From an uncultured Prevotellaceae bacterium (lineage in GTDB: Bacteria; Bacteroidota; Bacteroidia; Bacteroidales; Bacteroidaceae): a DNA stretch of 57,916 nt. The stretch lies in the NCBI GenBank assembly GCA_945827465.1, contig CALZOH010000001.1, positions 1 through 57,916 on the forward strand, read 5' to 3'. The translations under genes were made by a program, and so were the position numbers. The notes under the pieces were generated by a model, which saw only the letters and a program-made list of their open reading frames with translations, was not told the DNA's origin and searched no databases. Of the stretch, positions 1 through 9,730 are shown piece after piece; the first letter of the stretch is position 1, and every line of letters starts with the position of its first letter.

Positions 1-140
1 TGAGGGTGTTGTGTGTTTCATGTTACCATCGTCGCGATTCGTTCGGGGGTGTTGTTGTTCATGTTTACACCTGTTCGTTTATGATCGTGGCTGAATACGG
101 TTAATCATTACCCCTGTTCGATTGAAATCTTGGCTTGTAC
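1..140. repeat. Window-edge copy of the intergenic repeat family
   Basis: 1..24 is the exact reverse complement of 27599..27622. 25..49 resembles the 43-bp tandem unit. 113..123 is the reverse complement of the aatcgaacagg flank of the hairpin TIRs. Confidence 0.7.
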
Positions 141-229
141 GATGCCCACAATCGGGTCGGATGGAATGTTTCTGCGCTTTCTCCACAAAGAAAAAAGGGA
201 CGAATTGACGGTAACAACTGGAAAAAGTG

Positions 230-237
230 TACTTTTG
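230..237 (+). promoter_or_regulatory. Bacteroidota -7 promoter box (TAnnTTTG) for murF
   Basis: tacttttg at 230..237, 35 nt upstream of ATG 272. Confidence 0.45.
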
Positions 238-271
238 CTCAATTAATTGTACAATTTTGATCAAGATCTCC

Positions 272-1579
272 ATGGAAATATCTCAACTGTATCAGTTGTT
301 CAAGAAATACCCGGTAGTGACAACAGACAGTCGCGACTGTCCTACGGGCTCACTCTTCTTTGCCCTCAAAGGCGAACACTTCAATGGCAACCTTTATGCT
401 GCAAAGGCCTTGGATGCAGGCTGTGCTTACGCGATTGTTGACGAAGCCGATGTCATTCCGGCTGATGACGAACGATATATCTTAGTGAACGATGTACTCA
501 CCAGTTTGCAGGATTTGGCCCATGAACATCGCTCACACTTCCCTCATCCGGTGCTGCAAATCACCGGTACGAATGGAAAGACAACGACGAAAGAACTCAC
601 AGCAGCCGTGTTGTCACAACGTTATCAGACTCTGGCCACAGAGGCCAACTACAACAATCATATCGGTGTACCCAAGACGCTGTTGCGTCTGAACGGACTA
701 CACAAGATGGCGGTGATCGAAACAGGCGCTAACCATCCGGGTGAGATTGCTGATTTGAGTCGTATTGTCGACCCCGACTACGGATTGATTACCAACGTGG
801 GCCGAGCCCACTTGGAAGGCTTCGGATCGTTTGAAGGCGTCGTTCAAACGAAGGCCGAACTCTATGACTACCTGCGCACGAAAGCCCAAGGCACCGTCTT
901 CCTTCATGCAAACAATCCTTACTTGAGTCCCCTCACAGAGGGATTGACGGTGGTTTCGTATGGCGAACCGGGCGGAAAAGGCTGTTTGGTAGAAGGTGAG
1001 GTGGTTGAATGCAACCCGTATTTGGTGGTTCGGTGGCGCAGGCAGGGCTGTGATGAGTGGCAACAGGTTACTACTCACCTCATCGGACGCTATAACCTGA
1101 GCAACGTGTTGGCAGCCATCTGCGTGGGTGTATATTTCGACCTCGAAGAACCCGAGATCAACTTTGCCCTGGCCACGTATCAGCCCAAAAACGACCGCTC
1201 CGAGCTTCGCCAGACGGCACACAACCGGCTGATCGTAGATGCTTATAACGCTAATCCGACCAGCATGGCAGCTGCACTCAGCAATTTTGCCGCGATGAAA
1301 GCCCCACACAAGATGGTCATCATTGGAGACATGGCAGAATTGGGAGAAGCCTCGGCCGACGAACATCGCAAGGTGGTAGAACAGCTACAAGCCGACTCCT
1401 CGCTGGAAGAAGTCTGGTTGGTAGGCAAACGCTTCCAGGCTGTAAACACAGGCTTCCGCACCTTCAACAAGGTGGAAGAAGTGTACGAAGCCTTGCTACA
1501 AACCCCTCTCGAAGGCCGTCTTATCCTCATCAAAGGTAGTAACAGCACTCGACTTTACACTTTACCTGAATGTTTGTAA
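272..1579 (+). CDS. murF: UDP-N-acetylmuramoyl-tripeptide--D-alanyl-D-alanine ligase
   Basis: Track ORF 227..1579. Mur-ligase P-loop ITGTNGKTTTKE and DAYNANPTSM motif. Start moved to ATG 272 (MEISQLYQ) because the upstream extension overlaps the promoter box. Confidence 0.9.
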   Translation: MEISQLYQLFKKYPVVTTDSRDCPTGSLFFALKGEHFNGNLYAAKALDAGCAYAIVDEADVIPADDERYILVNDVLTSLQDLAHEHRSHFPHPVLQITGTNGKTTTKELTAAVLSQRYQTLATEANYNNHIGVPKTLLRLNGLHKMAVIETGANHPGEIADLSRIVDPDYGLITNVGRAHLEGFGSFEGVVQTKAELYDYLRTKAQGTVFLHANNPYLSPLTEGLTVVSYGEPGGKGCLVEGEVVECNPYLVVRWRRQGCDEWQQVTTHLIGRYNLSNVLAAICVGVYFDLEEPEINFALATYQPKNDRSELRQTAHNRLIVDAYNANPTSMAAALSNFAAMKAPHKMVIIGDMAELGEASADEHRKVVEQLQADSSLEEVWLVGKRFQAVNTGFRTFNKVEEVYEALLQTPLEGRLILIKGSNSTRLYTLPECL

Positions 1580-1619
1580 GTCTTTTGCAACAGTACACAT
1601 ACAAAACCCATTATAAAAT

Positions 1620-2555
1620 ATGTCTGATTATATTATTGCCGAAGGCATCGTCAAGCGATTTGCCGAACATACAGCCCTTGATCACGTAGGCATCCGCGTG
1701 CCCGAAGGGAAAGTGTTCGGACTGCTTGGGCCTAACGGTGCTGGAAAAACCACGCTCATCCGTATCATCAACCACATCACCGTAGCCGATGAAGGCAGTG
1801 TGACCTTTGACGGGCATCTACTCTGCGAAGCCGACATGATGCGCATCGGATATTTACCCGAAGAACGAGGTCTATACAAGAAAATGAAGGTGGGTGAGCA
1901 GGCTGTGTACCTGGCACGGCTGAAAGGACTGAGCGAGCGTGACGCCAAACAAAGGCTGAAATATTGGTTTGAGAAGTTTGACATCATGCCTTGGTGGCAT
2001 CGAAAGCTTGAGGAACTCTCGAAAGGTATGCAACAGAAGGTGCAATTCATCACCACCGTACTGCATGAACCTCCCTTGCTTATCTTCGACGAACCATTCA
2101 GTGGCTTCGATCCGGTGAATGCCGAGCTGCTCAAACGTGAAATATTGGAATTGCGTGACAAGGGACACACCATATTGTTTTCCACACACAACATGGCTTC
2201 GGTGGAGGAGCTGTGTGACAGCATTGCACTGATCAATCATTCAAAAGTAGTATTGCAGGGAACGGTTGAAACCACCCGTGCCCAATACAAGGACGACCGC
2301 CTGAAGCGGGTGACCATACCTGACTCATCGCCTATACCGCCTGATTTGAAAGTTGTCAACAGCGAAATCAGCCACGGACGCCGTTGTCTGACAGTCGAGA
2401 AGCCGGCCGGCGAAACCAATTCGGCGTTCCTGACTCGCATCGGACAGCAGACAGAGATCTTAGCCTTCGACGAACTGCTGCCATCGATGAACGATATCTT
2501 CCTACGCGTGGTAGGAAAAGAACAAGACCAACAACTTAATACCACCGAGCAATGA
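1620..2555 (+). CDS. ABC transporter ATP-binding protein
   Basis: Walker A GPNGAGKTT, signature LSKGMQQKV, Walker B LLIFDEP. 4-nt ATGA overlap with the downstream permease. Confidence 0.9.
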   Translation: MSDYIIAEGIVKRFAEHTALDHVGIRVPEGKVFGLLGPNGAGKTTLIRIINHITVADEGSVTFDGHLLCEADMMRIGYLPEERGLYKKMKVGEQAVYLARLKGLSERDAKQRLKYWFEKFDIMPWWHRKLEELSKGMQQKVQFITTVLHEPPLLIFDEPFSGFDPVNAELLKREILELRDKGHTILFSTHNMASVEELCDSIALINHSKVVLQGTVETTRAQYKDDRLKRVTIPDSSPIPPDLKVVNSEISHGRRCLTVEKPAGETNSAFLTRIGQQTEILAFDELLPSMNDIFLRVVGKEQDQQLNTTEQ

Positions 2556-3853
2556 ACAAAATATGGATTATCATACAACGTGAATACTCTGTTCGCATCA
2601 AAAAACGTTCGTTTATCCTTTTGACCATACTGATGCCCTTCCTGATAGCGGCAGTTGTATTCGTTCCGGCCTGGCTGGCCATGTCGGAAGAAAAGAAATC
2701 GTGCCAAGTGTCGGTGATTGACGTCACCGGTCGGTATGGCACCGTGCTGGAGAATACCGACTGTATCACCTTCGCGACGGTGGCACCAACCGATACGCTC
2801 GACCAACAACTGGAGTCACTGCTCTCTTTGTCGGATAACGCCGTTGTACTGACCTTGCGCGACTCGTTGGGCAAGGCGGGTGCCGTCACACTCTACTCTC
2901 CATCAGAAGTACCCGGCTATGTTGAGAAATACATCAACGAGAAGTTGTCGAAACGCCTGCGCAATGATCGCCTCTCAGCTTACCAGATCGAGGACATAGA
3001 GAAACTGGTTGACGATGTCAACGCCGACTTAGCAATCACGACCATCAAGTGGGACAAGGAAAAAGGGGCCACAGTGTCATCAGCCGAGATTGCCGGTGTA
3101 GTGGGTCTGCTGCTGTCGCTACTGATTTATATGTTTATCCTCTCATATGGCAGCATGGTCATGCAAGGAGTGATGGAAGAAAAGACCAATAGAATCGTTG
3201 AAATCATGGTATCCTCGGTCAAATCCTATCAATTGATGTTTGGAAAGATCATCGCTGTAGCCTTGGTCGGTCTGACACAATTCTTCATCTGGGCTTTGAT
3301 GTTGGTATCATTATTCTCTATCTTGGGTGTATCGTTGGGTTTATCGGAAGTACCTGCTGCCGACGGCCTCACGCCCGGTATGACAGCAGAGATGCCCGAA
3401 AGCAACCTCTTCCTGCAAGTGCTGCAAGGCATGAACTTTACCGAGATGGGCCTGCTCTTTGTGTGCTACTTCGTGGGCGGTTACCTACTCTATGCATCCA
3501 TCTTTGCCGCTATCGGAGCCAGTGTCAATGAGCAACAAGACTCCCAACAGTTTATGATGCCCATCGTATTACTGTTTATCTTTGCCCTTTACGCCGGCAT
3601 GTTCAGTCGCGAGAATCCCGACGGACCGCTGGCCTTGTGGTGTTCATTCATTCCATTCACATCACCCGTGGTGATGATGGTGCGTTTGCCCTTTAGCATT
3701 CCTTGGTGGCAGACTGCTTTGTCGCTCGTACTGCTTTACGGCACTTCGGCTGCCATCATCTGGCTTTCGTCACGTATCTATCGTGTAGGTATATTGATGT
3801 ATGGCAAGAAGCCTACCTTGAAGGATATGATGAAGTGGGTGCGTTATAAGTAA
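2552..3853 (+). CDS. ABC-2 / NatB-type transporter permease
   Basis: 433 aa with an N-terminal TM, a large extracytoplasmic loop and a cluster of C-terminal TM helices. Translationally coupled to the ATPase. Confidence 0.8.
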   Translation: MNKIWIIIQREYSVRIKKRSFILLTILMPFLIAAVVFVPAWLAMSEEKKSCQVSVIDVTGRYGTVLENTDCITFATVAPTDTLDQQLESLLSLSDNAVVLTLRDSLGKAGAVTLYSPSEVPGYVEKYINEKLSKRLRNDRLSAYQIEDIEKLVDDVNADLAITTIKWDKEKGATVSSAEIAGVVGLLLSLLIYMFILSYGSMVMQGVMEEKTNRIVEIMVSSVKSYQLMFGKIIAVALVGLTQFFIWALMLVSLFSILGVSLGLSEVPAADGLTPGMTAEMPESNLFLQVLQGMNFTEMGLLFVCYFVGGYLLYASIFAAIGASVNEQQDSQQFMMPIVLLFIFALYAGMFSRENPDGPLALWCSFIPFTSPVVMMVRLPFSIPWWQTALSLVLLYGTSAAIIWLSSRIYRVGILMYGKKPTLKDMMKWVRYK

Positions 3854-3866
3854 TCATCTGACGTCA

Positions 3867-5366
3867 ATGATTCACCCATACCTGACAAGAACGGTGGCCG
3901 TTCTGCTCTTCCTGTTGTTCGGACTGAGGGGAGGGGCCACCGTTGAGATCATACGCGACCCCGGTTGGGGTGAAGGCGAAGTGGTTGAACGCTATACCAT
4001 CGGGCCAGGTATGGTGTACACCTTCTATTATTATAAGGATAAGCCCCTGCGCCTGTGGTGTGTGGAAGTCGACATCAGTAACCCGTGGGTACGCCTGGAA
4101 GAAGCCGAGAGCAACGACCAGGTACCGCATGTAGCACGATGGACGGTGCCACAATTTTCACGCCAGAACTCCCGTCCCGGTCATCAAGTCAAAGCTGCCG
4201 TGAACCATGATTTTTTCAGTTACGACGACGGCATCTCCATTGCGACCAATGTATCGCAGGGAGAAATGACTCATTACCTCAACGGCCGCTGCATGTTGGG
4301 GATCAGTAAGGATGGAACGGCCGGTGTGTTCAAAGCTTTCGACCGAAAAACCTATGAATCACGCTTCATCACGGCTTGTACGGCACCCGACGGAACGTCG
4401 GTAGCCATTGAAAGCTACAACAGCGGAGCCATTAGCGGCATGGTGGGCGATGTGATCATGTTCAATCGTATGAATAGTCGCACTCTACGCGACGACAAAG
4501 GCACTTATATTGGTCTGCAAGCTCTCGATGAATGGCTGTTTAACGGCCCTGACATCCGTTGCAAAGTAGTAGGAATCTCCTCTCACCCCATCGCAACCTC
4601 ACGAGGAACGTCTGTACTCTTCTTGCGCAACGCTGCCACTGACGCCTTCAAGGGTCATCTTACCGTCGGCGACACCATGATCGTAGCACAACGCATTGAG
4701 AATCCCTTCTGGGGAGAAGCGCCCAAGAACATATACGCCGGTTTTCACGGTTATCCGAGCTTGGTACATGACGGTAAATTCCACGACGGAGAGTACAACG
4801 ACTTTGAAAATGGTCGCGAATACCAAAAGGCATCCCGTACTATGGTGGGACTCTCGCGTGACAAAAGGAAGGTTTATATGGTTGTGACCGAAGCCTCAGA
4901 CGCAAGCGCCCCGGTCGACTGCGTGGAGCTGGCTTGTTGGTTGGTGAAACACGGTTCGTGGGATGTCATCAACTTAGACTCGGGCGGATCATCAGCCATG
5001 GTGGTCGACCACGAGATGAAAAACCTACCCGGACGACCCAAGGAAGGCATTCGAGCAGTCAAAACAGCCATGCTTGCCGTTTCAACGGCTCCGGAAGACA
5101 AGCAAGTTGTGCGTATAGCCTTCAACAAACCGCAGCTGACCATTGCGTCCCTAAAAGAAGAAGCCCTGAACGTGATGTCGTTCAACCAATATGACGAGGT
5201 GTTAGACCGCCGCCTCGATCTCTGCGAGTATCAAGTTATACCGACTTCACTGGGACACGTCGATGTAACAGGCCGATTCCACGCCATGGAAGAAGGCACC
5301 GGAATCATCCGAGTCAAGAAAGACGGCCTAACCGCCGAAATCAAGGTGAAAGTCAATCGTCCATAG
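3867..5366 (+). CDS. Exported phosphodiester glycosidase (NAGPA/DUF2233-like) family protein with C-terminal Ig-like segment
   Basis: Hydrophobic signal-like N-terminus. NLDSGGSSAMVV motif resembles the phosphodiester glycosidase family (recalled, not searched). Confidence 0.55.
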   Translation: MIHPYLTRTVAVLLFLLFGLRGGATVEIIRDPGWGEGEVVERYTIGPGMVYTFYYYKDKPLRLWCVEVDISNPWVRLEEAESNDQVPHVARWTVPQFSRQNSRPGHQVKAAVNHDFFSYDDGISIATNVSQGEMTHYLNGRCMLGISKDGTAGVFKAFDRKTYESRFITACTAPDGTSVAIESYNSGAISGMVGDVIMFNRMNSRTLRDDKGTYIGLQALDEWLFNGPDIRCKVVGISSHPIATSRGTSVLFLRNAATDAFKGHLTVGDTMIVAQRIENPFWGEAPKNIYAGFHGYPSLVHDGKFHDGEYNDFENGREYQKASRTMVGLSRDKRKVYMVVTEASDASAPVDCVELACWLVKHGSWDVINLDSGGSSAMVVDHEMKNLPGRPKEGIRAVKTAMLAVSTAPEDKQVVRIAFNKPQLTIASLKEEALNVMSFNQYDEVLDRRLDLCEYQVIPTSLGHVDVTGRFHAMEEGTGIIRVKKDGLTAEIKVKVNRP

Positions 5367-5388
5367 AAGCCTTTTTCTGACGAAAAAC

Positions 5389-5466
5389 CGTAGGGGCGTA
5401 TCACAACGCCCTCCACGTTGGCGTGGTTGCACATCAAACGATGATGTCATGTTGGGCGATAACGTG
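5389..5466 (-). mobile_element. Partial, inverted copy of the hairpin-TIR MITE-like element
   Basis: 5389..5412 is a degenerate TIR (cgtaggggcgtatcacaacgccct). 5413..5466 is about 90 percent identical by eye to the reverse complement of 27468..27522. Confidence 0.6.
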
Positions 5467-5516
5467 TGAAATCATAATGTTTGACCATCATATTACCCGT
5501 GAAAAAATCGAACAGG

Positions 5517-5541
5517 TGTAGGGGCGTATCGCATACGCCCT
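5517..5541. repeat. Solo hairpin TIR (tgtaggggcgtatcgcatacgccct)
   Basis: Identical to the left TIR at 27425..27449 and 28067..28091. GGGCGTAT/ATACGCCC forms an 8-bp stem with a CGC loop. Confidence 0.8.
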
Positions 5542-5654
5542 CACGTGAGCGAGAACGAAACCATGGCAGCGAACATACTACCCTCAGATAACGAACATCT
5601 TCGCCCTTTTGCAGGGAATTTATATGGTGATTTATGGACTAACGCAATTAAACC

Positions 5655-5694
5655 AAATATGGAGCTATGCCAACATCGGCACAGCCCCATATTT
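5655..5694 (-). terminator. Long imperfect hairpin downstream of rubredoxin (putative terminator)
   Basis: aaatatgg (5655..5662) pairs with ccatattt (5687..5694). Inner gctatgcc/ggcacagc pairs with one mismatch. Lies 28 nt past the rubredoxin stop on the minus strand. Confidence 0.5.
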
Positions 5695-5721
5695 GTTACA
5701 TGAAATAGACTGAAGAACTAT

Positions 5722-5886
5722 TTACTCCTCAACCACTTCAAAATCATCTTTTCCTACTGAACACAGTGGACAAACCCAATCTTCGGGCAGGTCCTCGAAT
5801 GCAGTTCCAGGAGCGATACCGGCATCAGGGTCTCCAGCAGCCGGATCGTACACGTAACCGCAAACAACACATACATACTTTTTCAT
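5722..5886 (-). CDS. Rubredoxin (54 aa)
   Basis: Hand translation gives [54 protein letters not shown]. It has the CxxCG and CPxC metal-binding pairs. It falls below the ORF-track length cut-off and lies 31 nt downstream of purL on the same strand. Confidence 0.85.
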   Translation of the reverse strand: MKKYVCVVCGYVYDPAAGDPDAGIAPGTAFEDLPEDWVCPLCSVGKDDFEVVEE

Positions 5887-5917
5887 AACTCTTGATATTA
5901 AATAAATGAACCTTCAA

Positions 5918-8900
5918 TTATTGACGATGTTCCTCCACCCACTTGCGAGCATTCACAAAGGCCTCTATCCATGGTGTCACCTCATCGGTCTTGCGATGGG
6001 CCGGATAAGTAGCACATTGCCAAGGGAAGAAAGCACGTTCGGGATGAGGCATCATGGCCAAATGGCGCCCATCAGCACTGCAGATACCTGCCACGCTGTA
6101 ATCAGAACCATTGGGGTTGGCTGGATAATCGTCGTAACTATATTTCAATACAATATTATAATGATCTTCTGACAGAGGCAGAGAGAAACGTCCCTCTCCA
6201 TGAGCCACCCAGACACCGAGTTTGGTGCCACTCAAACTTCCAAGCATCACGCTACGGTTGGTCTGTACCGTCAAGCCGAGGAAGTTGCTCTCGAATTTAC
6301 CGCTTACATTGTGAAGCATGTGGGTGCGCTTAGGCAATTCGGGATGAATCAAGTTCAATTCCACCATCAACTGACATCCGTTGCAAACGCCCAACGAGAG
6401 AGTATCGGGCCGTGCATAGAAACGGTCGAGCGCAGCCTTGGCTTTCGGGTTATAAAGGAAGGCGCCAGCCCATCCTTTGGCAGAGCCTAATACGTCGGAA
6501 TTGGAGAAACCACCGCAGAATACTATCATGTTAATGTCGTCGAGCGTTTCACGACCCGTAATCAAGTCAGTCATCATGACGTCTTTCACATCAAAGCCCG
6601 CTAAGTAGAGCACGTACGCCATTTCACGCTCGCCATTTGTACCTTTTTCACGAATGATGGCAGCACGTACGCCAGAAGGTGTACGACGATCGGCCGAAAT
6701 GCCGTATTGTTCCATCTTTCCCGTGAAGGATTTATCAAACGCTGTTTCCAAAGGCTGGCACTTGTAGTTGGTAAAACGGGCATTGGCCTGGCCGTTGAAA
6801 CTCTGTTTGGTATCGAGTTCATAACTGGTCTGATACCAAACGTCGCGCAAATAGTCGATACCGAACTGGTAGGTACGTCCGTCCCATTCGGCCAGAATGT
6901 GACGTTCTTCTGTAGGTTTACCAATCTTGAGATAACCGACACCGGCCTCTTCGAGCACCTTCTTCACCTCAGCACGATGATTGTCGTCTACCTGAATAAC
7001 TACGCCCGGATTCTCTGCGAACAAGATCTTGATGAGGTCGGCATTCTTGAAACCGCTGAGTTGCACGGAGAGACCGCCTTCAACATTGGCAAAACACATT
7101 TCAAGCAAGCAAGTAATCAAACCACCTGCCGAGATGTCATGACCTGCCAGCACTAAACCGTCACGCACTAACTGCTGAACAGCATCGAAAGCAGAGCGGA
7201 AATACTCGGGATTCTTCACCGTGGGCACATCACTGCCTACCTTGTTCAAACTTTGAGCAAACGCAGAGCCTCCCAAACGGAGTTCATCGAAACTGAAGTC
7301 GATATGATAGAGTGTGGTATGTTTCTTGTTCACCAATACAGGCGACACCACTTTACGAACATCTTCAACTTCTCCACCGGCGGAAACAATCACCGTACCC
7401 GGGCTGATAATCTTTTCGCCATTGGGATACTGCTGACTCAACGAAAGCGAATCTTTCCCGGTCGGGACATTGATTTGTAAGTCACAGCAGAAATCGCTGA
7501 GTGCTTCAACAGCTTGGTAGAGGCGAGCATCTTCACCCTTTTGTGAACGACAAGGCCACATCCAATTGGCTGAAAGGGAAACACTGTCGAGACCATTTGA
7601 GAGTGGAGCCCACACGATGTTGGTCAATGCTTCGGCCACCGAGAGCACACTGCCGGCTGCCGGGTTAGCCAATCCTGCCTGGGGAGCATGGCCCAATGCA
7701 GTTGCAATACCTTTACGACCCCGATAATCGAGAGCTACAACGCCACAGTCGCTCAATGGCAACTGTAATTCGCCCTGACACTGCTGACGGGCTATCTTTC
7801 CGGTCACGGAACGGTCTACCTTGTTGGTCAACCAGTCCTTACATGCCACGGCTTCAAGTTGAAGTACGTTGTGCAGATACTCTGAAAGTTGAGAGGTCTC
7901 GTAGGTCGGATTCTCGTATTTACGTTCTACGGTTTCGTCCACCATCACTGTCTTGGGCGAATGACCGAACATCTGTGCCACATCCAGGTCGAAGGGACGT
8001 TTTCCGTCGGCTTGTTCAAAAGAGAAATGGGCATCGCCCGTTGTTTCGCCCACAACATACATCGGAGCACGTTCTCTTTCGGCAATCTTCTGCACATGCT
8101 CCAGGTGCTCCTGATCGATGAGCAAGCCCATACGTTCCTGACTTTCGTTGGCAATGATTTCCTTGGCCGACAAAGTGGAGTCACCAATAGGCAGACTGGC
8201 CATATCAATACGACCACCACACTCTTCCACCAATTCGGAGAGACAGTTCACGTGGCCTGCACTACCATGGTCATGAATAGATACTACAGGATTGACATCT
8301 TCTTCGCACAAAGCACGCACCAGATTATAGGCTCGTTTCTGCATCTCAGGATTAGCACGCTGAATGGCATTCAGCTCAATGCCGTTGGAGTAACGACCGG
8401 TATCAACACTTGACACGCTGCCGCCGCCCAAACCGATGCGATAGTTATCGCCACCGACTACTACTACCTTGTTGCCCGGACGAGGTTCTTTCTTCAGACA
8501 GTCGCGTTTGGTTCCATAACCCACGCCACCGGCCAACATGATCACCTTGTCGTAACCATATTTTTCGCCGTTTTCCTGATGTTCAAACGTCAACACCGAA
8601 CCGGCGATAAGCGGTTGACCGAACTTATTACCAAAATCACTGGCTCCGTTAGAAGCCTTGATAAGAATCTGCTCCGGTGTTTGATAGAGCCACTGACGAA
8701 CGGGCAAGATGTTTTCCCAACTACGTCCGCCCTCCAATCGGGGATATGCCGTCATATAGACAGCCGTACCGGCAATGGGCCAAGAACCGACACCACCACC
8801 CATACGGTCACGGATTTCTCCACCCGTACCGGTAGCTGCACCATTGAAGGGCTCCACCGTTGTGGGGAAGTTGTGGGTCTCAGCCTTGAGCGAAATCACG

Positions 8901-9619
8901 CTTTCGATATCTTTTATGGCAAAGTAGTCGCTTGTACTTTGGTCCTTCGGAGCAAATTGTTCCACCACAGGACCTTGGGCAAAGGCTACGTTGTCTTTGT
9001 AGGCCGATATAATTTGATGAGGGTTTTCTTGTGTGGTCTTCTTAATCATAGCAAAGAGGGACGAAGGCATTTCTTTGCCATCGATGATAAAGGAACCACC
9101 GAATATTTTGTGGCGGCAATGCTCTGAGTTGATCTGCGCAAAACCGAAGACTTCCGAGTCGGTGAGTTTGCGTCCCAACTGTTTTTCCACCCCATGGAGG
9201 TATTCAATCTCTTCAGGAGAAAGTGCCAAGCCTTCTTTTTCATTTTCCTCCTCTATATTCTCAACCATGCGAATGGCTTCCGGCTGACGAGTAATGGTGA
9301 ATATCTCCTGATCAAGTCCACGATACAAACGTTGCAGCATGGGGTCGTATTCTGCATCTTCTGTTTCAACAGGGAAATACTCCTCTATGCGACGAAGGCC
9401 CGTGATGTTCATATTCTGAGCAATCTCAACGGCATTGGTACTCCAGGGAGAAATCATTTCACGACGCGGACCTACAAAGTATCCTTCTATCTTATTTTCA
9501 GTCAAGGCAGTGGCTTCGCTAAAAAGCCAAGACAAGGCGTCAGATGCTTCAGCCGATAAAGGCTGCTGAGTATCCGTCGCAATGATGCTGCCGGATGTTG
9601 TTTTGAAGAATTGAATCAT
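5918..9619 (-). CDS. purL: Phosphoribosylformylglycinamidine synthase, single-chain form
   Basis: 1233 aa. C-terminal glutamine amidotransferase with GVCNGCQ. Start moved to ATG 9619 (MIQFFKT), 28 nt downstream of the TAnnTTTG box. Confidence 0.95.
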   Translation of the reverse strand: MIQFFKTTSGSIIATDTQQPLSAEASDALSWLFSEATALTENKIEGYFVGPRREMISPWSTNAVEIAQNMNITGLRRIEEYFPVETEDAEYDPMLQRLYRGLDQEIFTITRQPEAIRMVENIEEENEKEGLALSPEEIEYLHGVEKQLGRKLTDSEVFGFAQINSEHCRHKIFGGSFIIDGKEMPSSLFAMIKKTTQENPHQIISAYKDNVAFAQGPVVEQFAPKDQSTSDYFAIKDIESVISLKAETHNFPTTVEPFNGAATGTGGEIRDRMGGGVGSWPIAGTAVYMTAYPRLEGGRSWENILPVRQWLYQTPEQILIKASNGASDFGNKFGQPLIAGSVLTFEHQENGEKYGYDKVIMLAGGVGYGTKRDCLKKEPRPGNKVVVVGGDNYRIGLGGGSVSSVDTGRYSNGIELNAIQRANPEMQKRAYNLVRALCEEDVNPVVSIHDHGSAGHVNCLSELVEECGGRIDMASLPIGDSTLSAKEIIANESQERMGLLIDQEHLEHVQKIAERERAPMYVVGETTGDAHFSFEQADGKRPFDLDVAQMFGHSPKTVMVDETVERKYENPTYETSQLSEYLHNVLQLEAVACKDWLTNKVDRSVTGKIARQQCQGELQLPLSDCGVVALDYRGRKGIATALGHAPQAGLANPAAGSVLSVAEALTNIVWAPLSNGLDSVSLSANWMWPCRSQKGEDARLYQAVEALSDFCCDLQINVPTGKDSLSLSQQYPNGEKIISPGTVIVSAGGEVEDVRKVVSPVLVNKKHTTLYHIDFSFDELRLGGSAFAQSLNKVGSDVPTVKNPEYFRSAFDAVQQLVRDGLVLAGHDISAGGLITCLLEMCFANVEGGLSVQLSGFKNADLIKILFAENPGVVIQVDDNHRAEVKKVLEEAGVGYLKIGKPTEERHILAEWDGRTYQFGIDYLRDVWYQTSYELDTKQSFNGQANARFTNYKCQPLETAFDKSFTGKMEQYGISADRRTPSGVRAAIIREKGTNGEREMAYVLYLAGFDVKDVMMTDLITGRETLDDINMIVFCGGFSNSDVLGSAKGWAGAFLYNPKAKAALDRFYARPDTLSLGVCNGCQLMVELNLIHPELPKRTHMLHNVSGKFESNFLGLTVQTNRSVMLGSLSGTKLGVWVAHGEGRFSLPLSEDHYNIVLKYSYDDYPANPNGSDYSVAGICSADGRHLAMMPHPERAFFPWQCATYPAHRKTDEVTPWIEAFVNARKWVEEHRQ

Positions 9620-9647
9620 ACGGTATTCTATTTTTGCTGATTGTGTG

Positions 9648-9655
9648 CAAAGGTA
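9648..9655 (-). promoter_or_regulatory. -7 promoter box for purL
   Basis: Minus strand reads tacctttg. Confidence 0.45.
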
Positions 9656-9730
9656 CATAAAATTCTCCTGCTGACGGATAAACCGTTTTGGAAAGTGACA
9701 CTCTGCAGCAAAGCATTCTACAAGAAAGTG

